Shown here one piece after another: positions 1-13,064 of a stretch of DNA of 41,426 bases (the stretch's first letter is position 1; every line of letters starts with the position of its first letter). The stretch spans positions 5,695,816-5,737,241 of the forward strand of contig NC_068999.1 of the NCBI RefSeq assembly GCF_001194135.2, written 5' to 3'. The notes beneath the pieces were generated by a model. It was not told the origin of the DNA and ran no database searches. It worked only from the letters and a program-made list of their open reading frames with translations. The translations under genes were made by a program, and so were the position numbers. The stretch is from Octopus bimaculoides (lineage: Eukaryota).

Positions 1-223
1 AAAAGACGGGGAATAAGGAGACTTGCCCGAAATCTTATGAAATTCAGTTTCATTTTTATTTAAATCGTACCTCTCATTGATTTTTCATCCTAAAATATTT
101 TCCACTTTTAAATTAGGAACCACAACCGCAGTCTGTCATTGATTTCTACAAAACATGAGCAAAGCGCTGGATACAGTGACGTCACTGTTTTATGATTGAC
201 AAATGTTTCCTTTCCTATATAAA

Positions 224-246
224 ACTACTACTACTACTGCTACAAG

Positions 247-325
<79 letters not shown>

Positions 326-356
326 AGTACTACTGCTGCCGTTGCTGCTGCTGCTG
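224..356. repeat. (CTA)n grading into (CTG)n
   Basis: Direct reading. Confidence 0.95.
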
Positions 357-548
357 GGGTTCTATATACGTGTTAGTAACTTCTAACTTGATGCGAGAGG
401 TCGAGTAAATCACAAACGATATGAATGAATGGTCCTGAATTTAGATGGAGTGAATGGTACGCTTGGTACAATACAATGGCGGTCAGTTCTAGCGTTAGTA
501 TAAAAATCAATGCCGAAATTAGGTACTAGCCCTTCTACAGTTTTCCTG

Positions 549-586
<38 letters not shown>

Positions 587-1126
587 TGTATGACAGACAG
601 AGGTCGTCTTACCAATAAGCAGAAGAGTATTAGATAGCAAGGGACACGAAAAGTTCAAATAAATAGAATTTATATAAGAACAGAGGAAAGATACCGAAAG
701 ATAATGCCTGGAACCGTTTTTGTTGTTGGAAAAATAAACGAAAAAAACAATTTCTTTATTGTGTTGACAGATTAAAAGAAAGACATTTGACATCTAAATT
801 ATGTGACAGGTCTATGCGTTGATCACACTCAGACACAGACGCACAGACAGAGACACACACACAGGCACAGGTATGATAGTAACACCTGGCGCCTCACATC
901 TGGTTGTTCCCATTTCGCTTTTCCGATCGTAATGTGAGGTATATTTGATCTGTTATTCAAAATCCCATGGTAAAATTTCAGAGAAGTTACCGGGTATGTT
1001 TCAGTCATTTCATATCTTTTATTTCCTAGTTCTAACTCTCGCAGCAGTTATTGAAACGCCAAAACACGTCGAATCGACGTGAAGAGTAATTCTCAGTTGA
1101 TTAGGAGAGGTTCCGACGGGGTGGGA

Positions 1127-1194
1127 GTGAACTTCCGTGAACTTCCGTGAACTTCCGTGAACTTCCGTGAACTTCCGTGAACTTCCGTCAAACT
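1127..1194. repeat. Perfect 10-bp minisatellite (GTGAACTTCC)x6 + partial
   Basis: Six identical units 1127-1186, then GTCAAACT. Confidence 0.95.
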
Positions 1195-1699
1195 AACTCG
1201 CTAATCCGATGTTTCTATGCTCAGTTTCCTATAGTATCGTTCCTCTTTACGTGTCTTATCTATATTGATCATGCAACGCTGTAGATAAACGAACTGTAGG
1301 CATACAGATTTTACCCATATCCACTGACATAACAAACTCTATATTAGATTCATTATGGATGATCCTTACATGTTTCATTCAAATCTACATTGGTTCGTTT
1401 GGAGTTTCCGGGTGTTACATGCGAAACATTGTTTGCTACATTCAGAGTAAGCCAGCCATTACATAACGGGAAGCCATCAAAGGGCCACCATTAAAAAAAA
1501 AAAAAAAGCAAAATGGTGGCATTGTGCCTAATTTGCAGTAATCTTGCTTCTCAAATTGCAGCAGCGTCAGCGTGCCCCGTGCCAACATAGTTTTTGCCAA
1601 CTTTGAAGATTTCTGTTCAGTGAATCTAGATTATTTTGCGAGGAGAATGTTTATATTTCTTGCCAGATTTCGTGCTACTCCCTCGTCACATGTCCTTGA

Positions 1700-1752
1700 T
1701 ACAAGCATAATACACAGCATACACATACACACGTACACATACACGCAGATAT

Positions 1753-1785
<33 letters not shown>

Positions 1786-1898
1786 TACTTACAGATATGA
1801 ACAGTCACTCAAGCAAAGATATGCGCACACGAATACATACAGATATGGACACACATACACAAGCAGACATATGCATACACACACACAAGCAGACATAT

Positions 1899-1937
<39 letters not shown>

Positions 1938-2250
1938 TATACATAGATATGAACATACGAAACACACACACGTATAAGCGTACACACGTATAAGCGTACA
2001 CACGTATAGACACACACACGCGTACACAGGTATAGACGCGCGCAAATACACAAACATACAACAGGTATACGCATACATTCAAACTTAAACGTACACACGT
2101 ACAGGCATGCAGACACAAACACAAACAAACATAAACAAATAGATATACACATCCACAAATTTACATGCACATACATACACACTCTCAGACACAGATATAC
2201 AAACACATAACACATATACATACACATATACATAGACATATACATAGACA
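1700..2250. repeat. Compound CA/TA low-complexity tract
   Basis: Direct reading; similar tracts at about 5456-6050, 9103-9505, 12800-13230, 18220-18470, 22300-22535, 39476-40000. Confidence 0.9.
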
Positions 2251-3629
2251 GGAAAACGAGGGAACTGGCCGTCAACTATGTCATGGAAGTTAGACGAAAG
2301 CAATGCGTTCAACTTTGACATTAGTAAAAATTTCGATAATCTCTGTATTAAGATATCCCAGACTATTTTGCCCTCTTATAATTTTTATCCATCTCTTATC
2401 TGTTTAATAAAAAGTTCACAGCCAGACAATTTATTGTCGAAATTTTATTTTGACAATATGTAAATAAACGTACGATAATTTTAATGTATTTAAATAAAAA
2501 TATGTCTTTATATTTCTGGAAAAATAGTCAACACCAGACACGGAAATTATATTATTTAGATAATATACCAATAGATATACAATTATTTCTATACATTTAA
2601 ATGAAAATATCTTTACAGTCACTTCAAAAACAACAATATTTTATCAATAAATTACAATTGATTGAGACAATAAATAAACACATTTATTACAGATAAATTT
2701 CCTGTTTTGCTTAACGGGTCACTCGACCACTCTGGTTGGCTTGGCTAAGTCGGAAGAGGTGTTGACTGCTTCAGTAAGCTCTGAAACGAAACTTGAAATG
2801 CAAGTCAAAATTCGTCGTATGTATTTTGTATCAGAGAAGTTCATTTTGATTTCTGTGTGAATGGTTGTTCCATGCTAATGGCGTTGATGACAGAGAAGGC
2901 TAATTCTTGCGTAGAAGTGAAAGTGAAAGTGAAAATATAGCAGGGAAGAGTTGGCGGAGGTGGTGGTTGTTGTTGTTGCTGCAACTTGGATTCTTTAAAC
3001 TTTTCTTCAACTATTTTACATTTGACTCCAAAAAGATAAATTCCAAAACTGATAGAGTGACATAAAAACTGATAGAGTGGCATTTCTAGTTGTAGGTTAA
3101 CCACGTTTTTTTCTCAATTCCGATCAGGGTGGATTTTCATTGGTTTTTGTAAAACCAGAAAGGACATCTTCGCGATCTTTTCCTCATAGTTAATTATAGA
3201 CAAGAGGATTTGAGAAGGAAATCTCTCTTCAATATTTCTAACCCCGTATCCTCAACTGTCACTCCTCATGGTTTATTCTCTGTTTCTATTGTCGATTCTT
3301 TCTAGGACATTGTTGCCTCTTGCGTAATCCTCTCATTTGATGTTTAAGATGGCGCCGAGCTTTATTGACGGAAACTTTTTTAATGTCCCAACAATGAAGT
3401 GTTCATATTTCATAGCTGTTTAATATGAAAGATTGATAAACCATCAATATCGATATTTTGAGAGCGAGATTAAGGTGGAATGGATGCGTGGGTTAGATGT
3501 TTGTTCTTAAACACCCGTTGAAAAAATGTTTTCAAATGCTGAATGGAAAGACTGGACAAATTCGGTGAAAGCCCTAATCCACTAATCCATAACTATCCTT
3601 AAAGCCTCTTTTTGAAATAACAATCTCGA

Positions 3630-4460
3630 CAATAGTTGGTCAATTATAACCTCTTGTTGGTCAGTTTAATGTATAAATGATTGATAATTTCCGCTCGACA
3701 GGCATTTTATCATCAAATTATGACCAATTAATGGTCATTTTATTGTATTGCTGATGAATAACCCAGACCACTCCATGACAAGTTTTATTATTAATCAATG
3801 GTTAATTCTGGCAAATTAATGGTCAATATTTGCTCAGCTGACGGAAGAATATGGCCATTTGATGGTCATTTTATTAGGTGCTTCATGAATAACTACGCCT
3901 ACATGATTTTAATGTTGCTGTATAGGCGATAATTTGAAAAGGTCACTTGTGACCATTTTGTGCAGTAGTTGATGAGCAAATTTGCTCCATTATGGTCAGC
4001 TTGCTCTGTAGCTGATAACTAATAATATCAATTTGATGGTCAGCATGTTATTAGCTTGAAGATCAATTACGTTTATTTGGTGGTCAATATATTTTGTTGT
4101 GGGTGACTAATGTTGGTCAGTTGGACGAATAATGATTACCCAAATCTTGTACCTTGATGATCACTTCTTTGTATGGTACATGTTTGCATATGGCTTAATG
4201 AAGAATTATTTAAGTTTGGGGTTAATCACGGCAACTTGATGGTCATTTTGTCGGTTAGTTGAGAGAAAAATCATTCCCTCTCTTCTGCTGAATTTTTGGA
4301 TGACTATGACCACTGAATGGACAGTTTGTAGTTAAAACTGATGTTAAATCCAGGCTATATAATGAACGGTTTACATTTTAAATGATATTTAATCCAAGCT
4401 ACATAATGGTCAATTTGTATTAATAGATAATTAATCCAGACTTCTTAATAGCCAGTTTGT
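3630..4460. repeat. Decayed ~43-44-bp tandem repeat
   Basis: TGGTCA anchors at 3732, 3820, 3863, 3993, 4037, 4081, 4114, 4240, 4407; spacings 88, 43, 130, 44, 44. Confidence 0.65.
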
Positions 4461-4708
4461 CGGCTGTCTATCTACTTCTCATTTCGAGTACTCAACGACA
4501 ATTTTATTTATGTATATAATTATACATATGTGTGCGAATGTGCGTATATATATATATATGTGTATCATATATAGCAAATACACCAAAGCACGCAGACAGA
4601 GGCATGCAAGCACGCACACTCACTCACACAAACACACACACGCACACACACACACACACACAGACACACGCACACACACACGCACACACACACACGCANN
4701 NNNNNNNN

Positions 4709-4740
<32 letters not shown>

Positions 4741-4760
4741 CACACACATATATATATATA

Positions 4761-4914
4761 CGACGGGTTTCTTTCAGTTCTCCATCTACTAAATCCATTG
4801 ACAAGGCTCTGGTCGGCCCGAGGCTATAGTAAATGATACTTGGCCAAGATGAGACTGAACCCAGAGCTATGAGACTGGGCAGCAAGCTTCTTACCACACA
4901 CCCACGCATGCGCC
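4761..4914 (-). mobile_element. SINE family 1, tRNA-related head module
   Basis: Colinear with copies at 15736-15900, 18700-18865 and 30380-30535; abuts a CA/TA tract. Confidence 0.85.
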
Positions 4915-5453
4915 TATATATATACATATTCCTACATATCTATTTTGATATATCCATAAACTTACGTGCACATACACTTGCACGCACAGGGACACAGACA
5001 TACACACACATATAATTCTACAAACAATTGTGTGTATCTGCATGCATATATATGTGTGTATGTGTGTGAGTGTGTGTGTATAGATCGCGTATGCATGCGT
5101 TTTCCAGTAATCATGCTGGCTAGTTGTGTTCGCGAGATTCACAATGGCGTCCGAGCGATATTACATTAAATATAAAATCTAAAAGCTTTACGTATTTCAA
5201 GTGGTTTTCTTAATTAATCAAATTATATCTTAATAAAAGACCTTCTCCGCTTTGTATGTGAACAGACTATTGGTTTTAGTGTTCAACCTTTCCGCTTGCA
5301 AATTGGTTTGTACTTGTGTTCGCGTGTTTGTTTGTTTGTTTGTTTGTTTGTTTGTTTTTTCTTTTTTTTTTCTACCTGTTATGATAAACATTGTGTCAAT
5401 AGGAGCGTTCAATTAGACAAATATAGTGCTATAGATACACATCATTCACGAAC

Positions 5454-5505
<52 letters not shown>

Positions 5506-5952
5506 ATGGAATAGTGGGTGGATAAATATATACATGCGTCATATATATATATATGTATGTATGTATATGTATATATATATATGTATATATNNNNNNNNNN
5601 NNNNNNNNNNNNNNNNNNNNNNNNNNNNNNNNNNNNNNNNNNNNNNNNNNNNTATATATAGGTATATGTATATATATATATATATGTATATATTTATGTA
5701 TATATATGCATATATATATGTATATGTACACACTCACACGCGCGCACCCGCACACACACATATACGTTTCCTCGCACATGCATATATAACCACAATATAC
5801 ATACATACTCACATATACAGTCATACATATGTGTGTATATCTGTATGTATATGTATATATATATATATATAAAACCATAGGCATTCATCTATATATATAT
5901 ACGCATACACACACTCACACACAAGCATGTGCACTTATATTTGTATACCTGT

Positions 5953-5991
<39 letters not shown>

Positions 5992-8900
5992 TATTTGTAT
6001 TTGTATGAATGTGTGCGTACGTGTGTATCTGTCTGTCTTTCTCAGTATATGTGTCTGCGTTCATGTTTACGTGTTAATGAATAAAAATAAAACGAAACTC
6101 ATTAAAATATAAAACACCAACAAAAACACGAAGAGGTGGGAAAAAAACCTCACCTGCAGCAGGTGAGGACGAACTGAGATCTCTGGATAAATGCCTGATT
6201 ATATTCCTTTCTGCCATCATTTACTCACCATTTCGTGGCATATCACTTCCATGTAATTATAAACTGTATTTTTTTCTCTCCGTTAACACACAGCTTGACG
6301 TAGCCACACACCACAGCATTGACAATAAACAACGCCTCTGACATTAATAGAAGGGAATATTTCAGTCAGTCGCTCATCTTGTTTATAATAGCAACCAGAC
6401 TGCACCGTGTAACACGATTTTTGTCCTTGGGTTGAAGCTATTATTTCTTATTTGCTTACCTCTATAGAGTATGAGAAATGGTTAATATTTTCTTCAATTT
6501 TTGCTTTTGTTACGATTATTCAAACCCCAAATAATCCCTCTCTACCCATGGCTATGATGTTCCCCAATTACTCCTGCTCATCATCAGAGATGCACATATT
6601 ATCAGTCACTAAGGGACGTGCTTAAGGTCAAGCAACCGATAAGCAAATCTGTGGTATTGAGCAGAATATTTGCTATAACGATATTTCTGCTTCAGTAACT
6701 CAGCGATTAATCTATCTGAAATGTAATGGAAAATAGGTCAGTTTCAAAATATTGATGTCCAGGTCACAAAAGCAATGTATGATATCTTCTACAGTGTCAT
6801 ACACTTAAATACCTCGACAATTTGGTCAATGTCGGGACGTTCTTTGATCACAAGCTTCTTGCTTGTTCAGGGAAGACATGTTTCTAGAAAACAACAAAGT
6901 AGAACAAAGCAAGCGTTTCTCTCAGTTAGGTAAGAAATTAAAAGACAGCCGACAGCGCTGCAGATCGTCTTTGGTTACAAGCAATGTGTTGTGGACATCT
7001 GTAGGAAATGCATTTAGCATTTTAACTGTCAATTCAACTTAAGACAGACTATGGAGAAGTTGAGGTGGTATTGTCAGAACGAATCATTGTCTCATAGATT
7101 CGTTAAATTTAGTTTTAAAGCCAGCTCAACACAAATTGGAAACACGGAATTAAAATCAGAATTTATGAAGAGAAAACAATGGTAACTTTAGCTAATATTT
7201 TTATATTTCGGTGTTAAAAATCCTTTATTAACGAAAACAAAAAACGAAGGACGGTGAAGAGCTGGTGTAATTTTCTGAAATAAATGGGAGCATTGGTGAG
7301 TCATTCTCATTTGTGAGCCATTGGTGAACCATTTTCAGTTCAGTATTGTTATATTAGCTCATCCACGTGGTGCAGTTTGTGCCTAATGCCAATGGTAGCA
7401 TTCAGTTTATAAATTAGAACCCCTTTAATTCCCAAATTACCGATGTTTCGTTCCGTTGCGTTGAATATAACCGCGATATCTTGGGTGTAGTATTTCTCTC
7501 GTGGTTCCGTAACTATTGTATTTGTGTGGATTTATTCTTTAATGTATAAAGTTTCTTGATAAAATAGTTTTAACTCTTAAACATATAAATATTCTGTATA
7601 ATGTAAACTGTTGCGCTGAATAACTTTCCGTTTCTTTATTTTCTATTTGAATTTTAATCACTTTTCTTGATCAATCAATCCTGATCGAACAAACCTACGA
7701 CCGAAGGCGTTCTAGTTATGACCATCCCTATATGTCTTTACGTTAACATCTTCTGAAGTGTGCATGTTTTTAAAAATGACAAGAATCTCATCTGAGGGCA
7801 TTTGCTTTCATTATTTAAGGGGTTAGGTATTATTTGAGTGAGGTTTGCCTGCTATTTCTAAAAAAAAATCGAGAGATCACGGTGAAGCCCATCATCATTT
7901 CTTAGATCCAGCTGTTACGAAACCTGTAAACAAACTTCTAAGGCTAAGATATATCAAACAAAACCAGTCACAGGCTCACTGCATTTCCATCTTACCTCGT
8001 TTGATTTCCTTTGATATAAGAGCGCCTCAAAGCTCTTCTCCCTCATCATCACTGTCCATTAACTATTCATTCATACTTTTCGCTTGACCCTTTACCAAAC
8101 CCCTCTCCAAACACTTCTCGTTCTTTCTCGCAAGTAAAACATTTATGGCGTACGACGAAGATGAAAAAGAGACAGGACGAGCGAGAAGACTGGATTCTAG
8201 TGATAAAATTATATTTATCGATTCCAAAATTATGAAAAATAGAAAAAAGGCAAAGTTGAGATCGATAGGATTTGATCTCAGTGCACAGGGAAAAAGAAAT
8301 AAATATCACAGGTGTTCCACTCATCCCTCGAACCCACCCTGGACATTCTCCGTCTCTTCATGAACATAGAAAATGTATTTTCAGCAACGGAGTTTGACTA
8401 TCTACACCACGACCACCACCACTACAAAACGGACAACAACACAACAATAAAAAGCAACAAATGAAAAAATAAATAAATAAAATAAAATAAAGCAACATAA
8501 ACTAAGACAAAAACAATGCTAATGTACTTTAAGACAAGCATGACATGTTATTATATCGATTAATGCTCAATATCTGCTTCATCAGCACGATTGATTGAAG
8601 TAAATAACTATTTTCTTTTCGCTTTTGTACAGCGCCATTTTACACTAGGGTAGACAACTGCATTCAGCCGAAAACAAAAGAAAAAGAAACACGTCCAAAT
8701 TAATAATGATAATAATAATAATAATTATAATAATAATAATGATGATGATGATGATAGTGATGATATTAATAAATAAAAATCTATTATTCTATTTTCTTTC
8801 AATTTTCTCACTAATCCTTTGATTTTATGTCAATGCTGGAAACGATCGGTTCCTGACTAAGAATAAAATACATGACGGAACAAGGAAGAGCAACAACACA

Positions 8901-9101
8901 AACACTAATAGTATTAGTAGTGGTGGTGGTGGTGGTGTTGGTAGTAGTGGTGGTGGTGGTAGTAGCACTTAGATCTATTAATTGGCAAACAATGGCCAGC
9001 ATTTTAACTGTTGACGTGTTGCATATCAAGCAGAAAGGAGCAATTTCATGTTCTTAGCATCTTGCCTTTGTTCAATGTTCTGCCTTGTGTGTTCGCTATC
9101 G

Positions 9102-9155
<54 letters not shown>

Positions 9156-9440
9156 GCACACGCAAATACGTATATATATGATTATACACACACAGAAACA
9201 CATGCACATATATGCAAATATGCCCACGTATGTATATGCAAGCATGTATGTATGTACGTAATGTGCAAGTTTCATAAATTATATAATTATGTAGCATATA
9301 TGATGAAAGCAGACGATTTAATACCTGGCTTCGGATTCAATACACGACTCATCACGACTCTCGTGATCATTCACCAGTAAGAGGAAACTCGAGTTGATTG
9401 AGTTTTTAATACATATACACAACTACACACGCACACGCAC

Positions 9441-9512
<72 letters not shown>

Positions 9513-9973
9513 TTTTCATGCATAACACAACTCAAATCAACAGTGATGGAATAATTTTGAATAATGCAAAGACTCACTGTGGTTTAAATATGAATGTAAA
9601 CTCATTCTTTGCATATCATGATGTCCAGAAAATACGTCCTTACAATGGAGACGAACACCGTTCCTCCATGTGACCGGCTTGAAAAATTGTTAAGATATTA
9701 GGATATTTTCCTATTTTTCTTAACATGAAACCAATGGTATCCGTAATTCACAAATGAAGAAATTTTTGTCCACGCATTTTCATCGTTGAACATTTATGTT
9801 TATACATATATATTTTATGGTTCTTATTCTAAAAGGCGTTCTATTCTGCCGAAACGTTATGAGGACATAAAGAAACCAACAACGGTCGTCCAGCAATAAT
9901 GGGAGACAATAGAAACACATAAACTCACAAACACACACACACATACACACACACCACACACACATATATACAC

Positions 9974-10175
9974 GGTGGAAGCGCATGGCTTAGTGGTTAA
10001 GGTGTTGGACTCCTGATCATAAGATTGTGATTTCGATTCCTGGACCAGGCGATGCACTGTGTTCTTGAGCAAAATGCTTCATTTCAGCTGGCAGAAATAG
10101 ATATTTCTGTGACAGACCTGTGTCCAGTCCAGGAGGGTGTATATCCGGGCAGTGAATCAAGGAAACACGCCCCAC
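9974..10175 (+). mobile_element. SINE family 3 (tRNA-derived)
   Basis: A box TGGCTTAGTGG 9986-9996, B-box-like TTTCGATTCC 10031-10040, then tgtgttcttgagcaaaa shared with the 30880 and 33236 copies. Confidence 0.8.
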
Positions 10176-10226
10176 ACGACTCTACATCACTCAGGAAGAA
10201 TCTTTATCCTTTTATCACACATAGAC

Positions 10227-10380
10227 ACAACGGGCATCTACAGTTTCCGTCAACCTAATTCACTCACAAGCATTGGTCAGTCCGGAGTTATATTAGAAGA
10301 CAGTTGCCCGAGGTGCCGCGCAGTAGGACTGAACACGAAATCGCGTGTTTGCAAAGTGCGAACTTCTTAAGCACAGACGC
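10227..10380 (-). mobile_element. SINE family 1 head, diverged
   Basis: acaacgggcatctacagtttccgtc...gcccgaggtgccgcgcagtaggactgaac aligns to the other family-1 copies. Confidence 0.75.
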
Positions 10381-10433
10381 TTATCTACATCCCTACACAA
10401 ATTCGAGTTAATCTCATAAGCTAATACTTCCAG

Positions 10434-10512
10434 TTCTCTATTTAAGAGATGAGGAATTATGTACATTATTTACATTATTTACATTATTTACATTTGACGG
10501 ACATTTGTCCCG

Positions 10513-10551
<39 letters not shown>

Positions 10552-10704
10552 TCGAAAAATACCTTAGGAATGAGAACCCAGGTTTCGAAATTTCCCCAAG
10601 ACACCTATTGAAGGCTGGAGGGTATATCAGCTGAAACGTTGTGTTAATAACAAACAAGATGAGGACAAATATCTGTCAAATATAAATAATGTAAATAATG
10701 TAAA
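10434..10704 (+). mobile_element. Short non-autonomous Penelope-like (PLE)-type insertion with inverted 3' end
   Basis: 46-bp inverted repeat 10465-10510 / 10663-10708 (3 mismatches); internal (AAT)n; hammerhead-like motif; 12-bp direct repeat TAATACTTCCAG at 10422-10433 and 10705-10716. Confidence 0.6.
10600..10645 (+). ncRNA. Degenerate minimal type I hammerhead ribozyme motif (PLE-type)
   Basis: gACAC-CTATTGA-A-GGCTG(gagggtatat)CAGCT-GAAAC-GTT-GTGTt: stem I ACAC/GTGT, stem II GGCTG/CAGCT, palindromic ACGT stem III; core CTATTGA differs from CUGAUGA at two positions. Confidence 0.55.
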
Positions 10705-12092
10705 TAATACTTCCAGATATATACTCCCACATATGCACTCATTTATACAGACACATTCTTGTGTCTACAAACGCTAAAATATAGTTTCTCTCTCTCTATG
10801 TACACACGTACACACACAGACACGCACACACACATGTATATATTCCTAAAATGATATATATACACACATAGACACAAACATTTATACACTTATCGATAAA
10901 CACACGCAGATACATGTATACTAGCATTAAGCTGCTCAATTGTACGCGCACTCAAATAGATTCACACACGCATGCGCAAATACAACCATAAACACCAATA
11001 CATGCATACGCTTATACATAAGCACACACACGTACACACGTACACGTACACGTACACACGTACACACGTACACAAATAGGCGCGTAATGTTTTACTTAAC
11101 AGTCAACATCCTGCTGTCTACCTGAACAAACTACATCAAGCTATCTAAAGAAATCTCTCTTCGTCTAATTTATTGAAATCCAAGACGCATTAAGAGGCGA
11201 AAAACATAAATCTTCAGCTCAACAGGATTCTCCCATAATTTCTTAGATGGCCATAACAATAAATAAAATAAGACAAAACAAAATATAATAAATAAAATGA
11301 TTAACAGTTCCTGGTTGCACGTCTGGTGACAGTTTACCAAATACACTTTCTAAATATAATCTCTACGCCAAAATCGAAGACAAAAACAAAAGGAAGAAGA
11401 AAAGGAAACATTGCTATTTGTAATTTTTATCCATATTTATAGTTTTTCTGGTCCTTTCCATTTGAGCCCAGGCTTCAACTAAAGTAAAGACTAAATACAG
11501 TGAATGTGCAGGGTAGGTTGGAAAGGAAGTAGGTAGGTGGGAAAGTAGGTAGGTAGTTGATCTGTCTTCCTTTCTTAGCTATTAGGTTTACTTCATATCG
11601 CGTCAATATCACCGACGTCCCATTATCCAATTACGTTTTCTATGTCAATATCACACCATTGTATTATGTGAAAAGCGCACTTATACGCTATTATGCAATT
11701 ATATATCATTAACACCCTAATAGATTCATCGTTTGCTGCCCTTTCGCTGCTGTCACACACACACACACACACACACACGCACAGACGTACACAGACATAA
11801 ATCTCCATCTTTCATACGCACACACGCATTTGCACTATCTCATTTGAAATCTCTCATACAATCAACCCACACACATTTAAATACACACATACACATGCAT
11901 ACATAGAGCATTTACACAAAATCTTCGCCACCATTTTCAAATCGTTCAGTGTACGTCCAACATAAGCCGCATTCTAGCGCGCTCTTCTCTGCTGGAAACA
12001 ACGGACTTATGCTCGCTGTCGTTCGTTCGTTCGTCCATTACTCCTCCATTCAGCTGTCTTAAACGCATGCCCAGAATAATAATAATAAAAAA

Positions 12093-12389
12093 AAAGTCGA
12101 TAGATATAGGAGGTTAGCTCGGGAGGTTAAGCAGCTGTGATCGATGAAAAAAGGTCGTACTGGTACCAATAATTGCCGGAACCCTAGGAACAGTGAATAA
12201 AAATCTTGAGAAGTACATGGAACAAATAGGGGCTGCAATAAGGGTAGAGCACTTGCAGAAAACTGCACTGCTTGGGACCGCTCGAATACTCCGGAAGGTG
12301 CTCGAAAAATAAGAGGTGTTACCTTAGTTCACTGGTAGTGAACAGATGACACCGTAGTACACCTCCCGCGTTAGAAACTGTGCAAAGGC

Positions 12390-12473
<84 letters not shown>
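12093..12473 (+). mobile_element. 5'-truncated R4/Dong-like non-LTR retrotransposon (RLE C-terminus + 3'UTR + (AAT)n tail)
   Basis: KVDRYRRLAREVKQL*SMKK/VVLVPIIAGTLGTVNKNLEKYMEQIGAAIRVEHLQKTALLGTARILRKVLEK* (one stop, one +1 frameshift; stop 12310-12312); (AAT)n on both sides. Confidence 0.8.
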
Positions 12474-12474
<1 letters not shown>

Positions 12475-12811
12475 TATTTATATATTAGCAGCCATATTTG
12501 ATTATATTATTACTAACTTTTCTCTCAGAATTAGGTACTAAAATGCATCATAAGCAGTATAGAAATTATTACGAGTTGTTATCGTAGAGATATCATCAAT
12601 TTAACTGTTGGAATTACTCTCACCTCAAGTATCAAAAATTAATTCAGGAAAATTAGCAGATATGTATACGTACAATCTTACACAAGCACACACACGTGCG
12701 CGCGCACATACACATGTACAGGGTCGGTTCATGTTGATATCGAAACTTGTAACTTAACTAATTACGAGTTGATCCGTTGTCGTGAGAGGCTTCAATCACA
12801 CTTTTGTATGC

Positions 12812-12868
<57 letters not shown>

Positions 12869-13030
12869 TGTGCGTGTATGCATGTGTGTGTGTGTGTGTA
12901 TATATTTGTGTGTGGTGTGAGTGGTGGTTATAAGTTCATGACTGTCCCCAAGGAGAGAATTCACATGATTAGGGTAAAATAATCTTCGATCTCGTATTCC
13001 AGTACATTCGGAGATTCGTATTGGCCAGTC

Positions 13031-13064
<34 letters not shown>

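Noticed and set aside
1022-1066. Hammerhead-like geometry (TAACT/AGTTA stem, GAAAC)
   Set aside because: The core matches CUGAUGA at only 3 of 7 positions and there is no UH triplet
1127-1194. CRISPR-like array
   Set aside because: Eukaryotic context, no spacers, simple 10-bp tandem
2841-3104. Minus-strand ORF with QQQQQPPPPP
   Set aside because: GTG start, the run comes from a short TGT/TGG repeat, no recognisable domain or convincing splice pair
6460-7860. Segments about 6460-6690 and 7680-7860 (also 37670-37800) that look like octopus interspersed repeats
   Set aside because: Memory only; no second copy, TIR or TSD within the window to support a call
9974-10045. tRNA gene
   Set aside because: A/B boxes are present but there is no acceptor stem, and it continues into a body shared with other SINE copies
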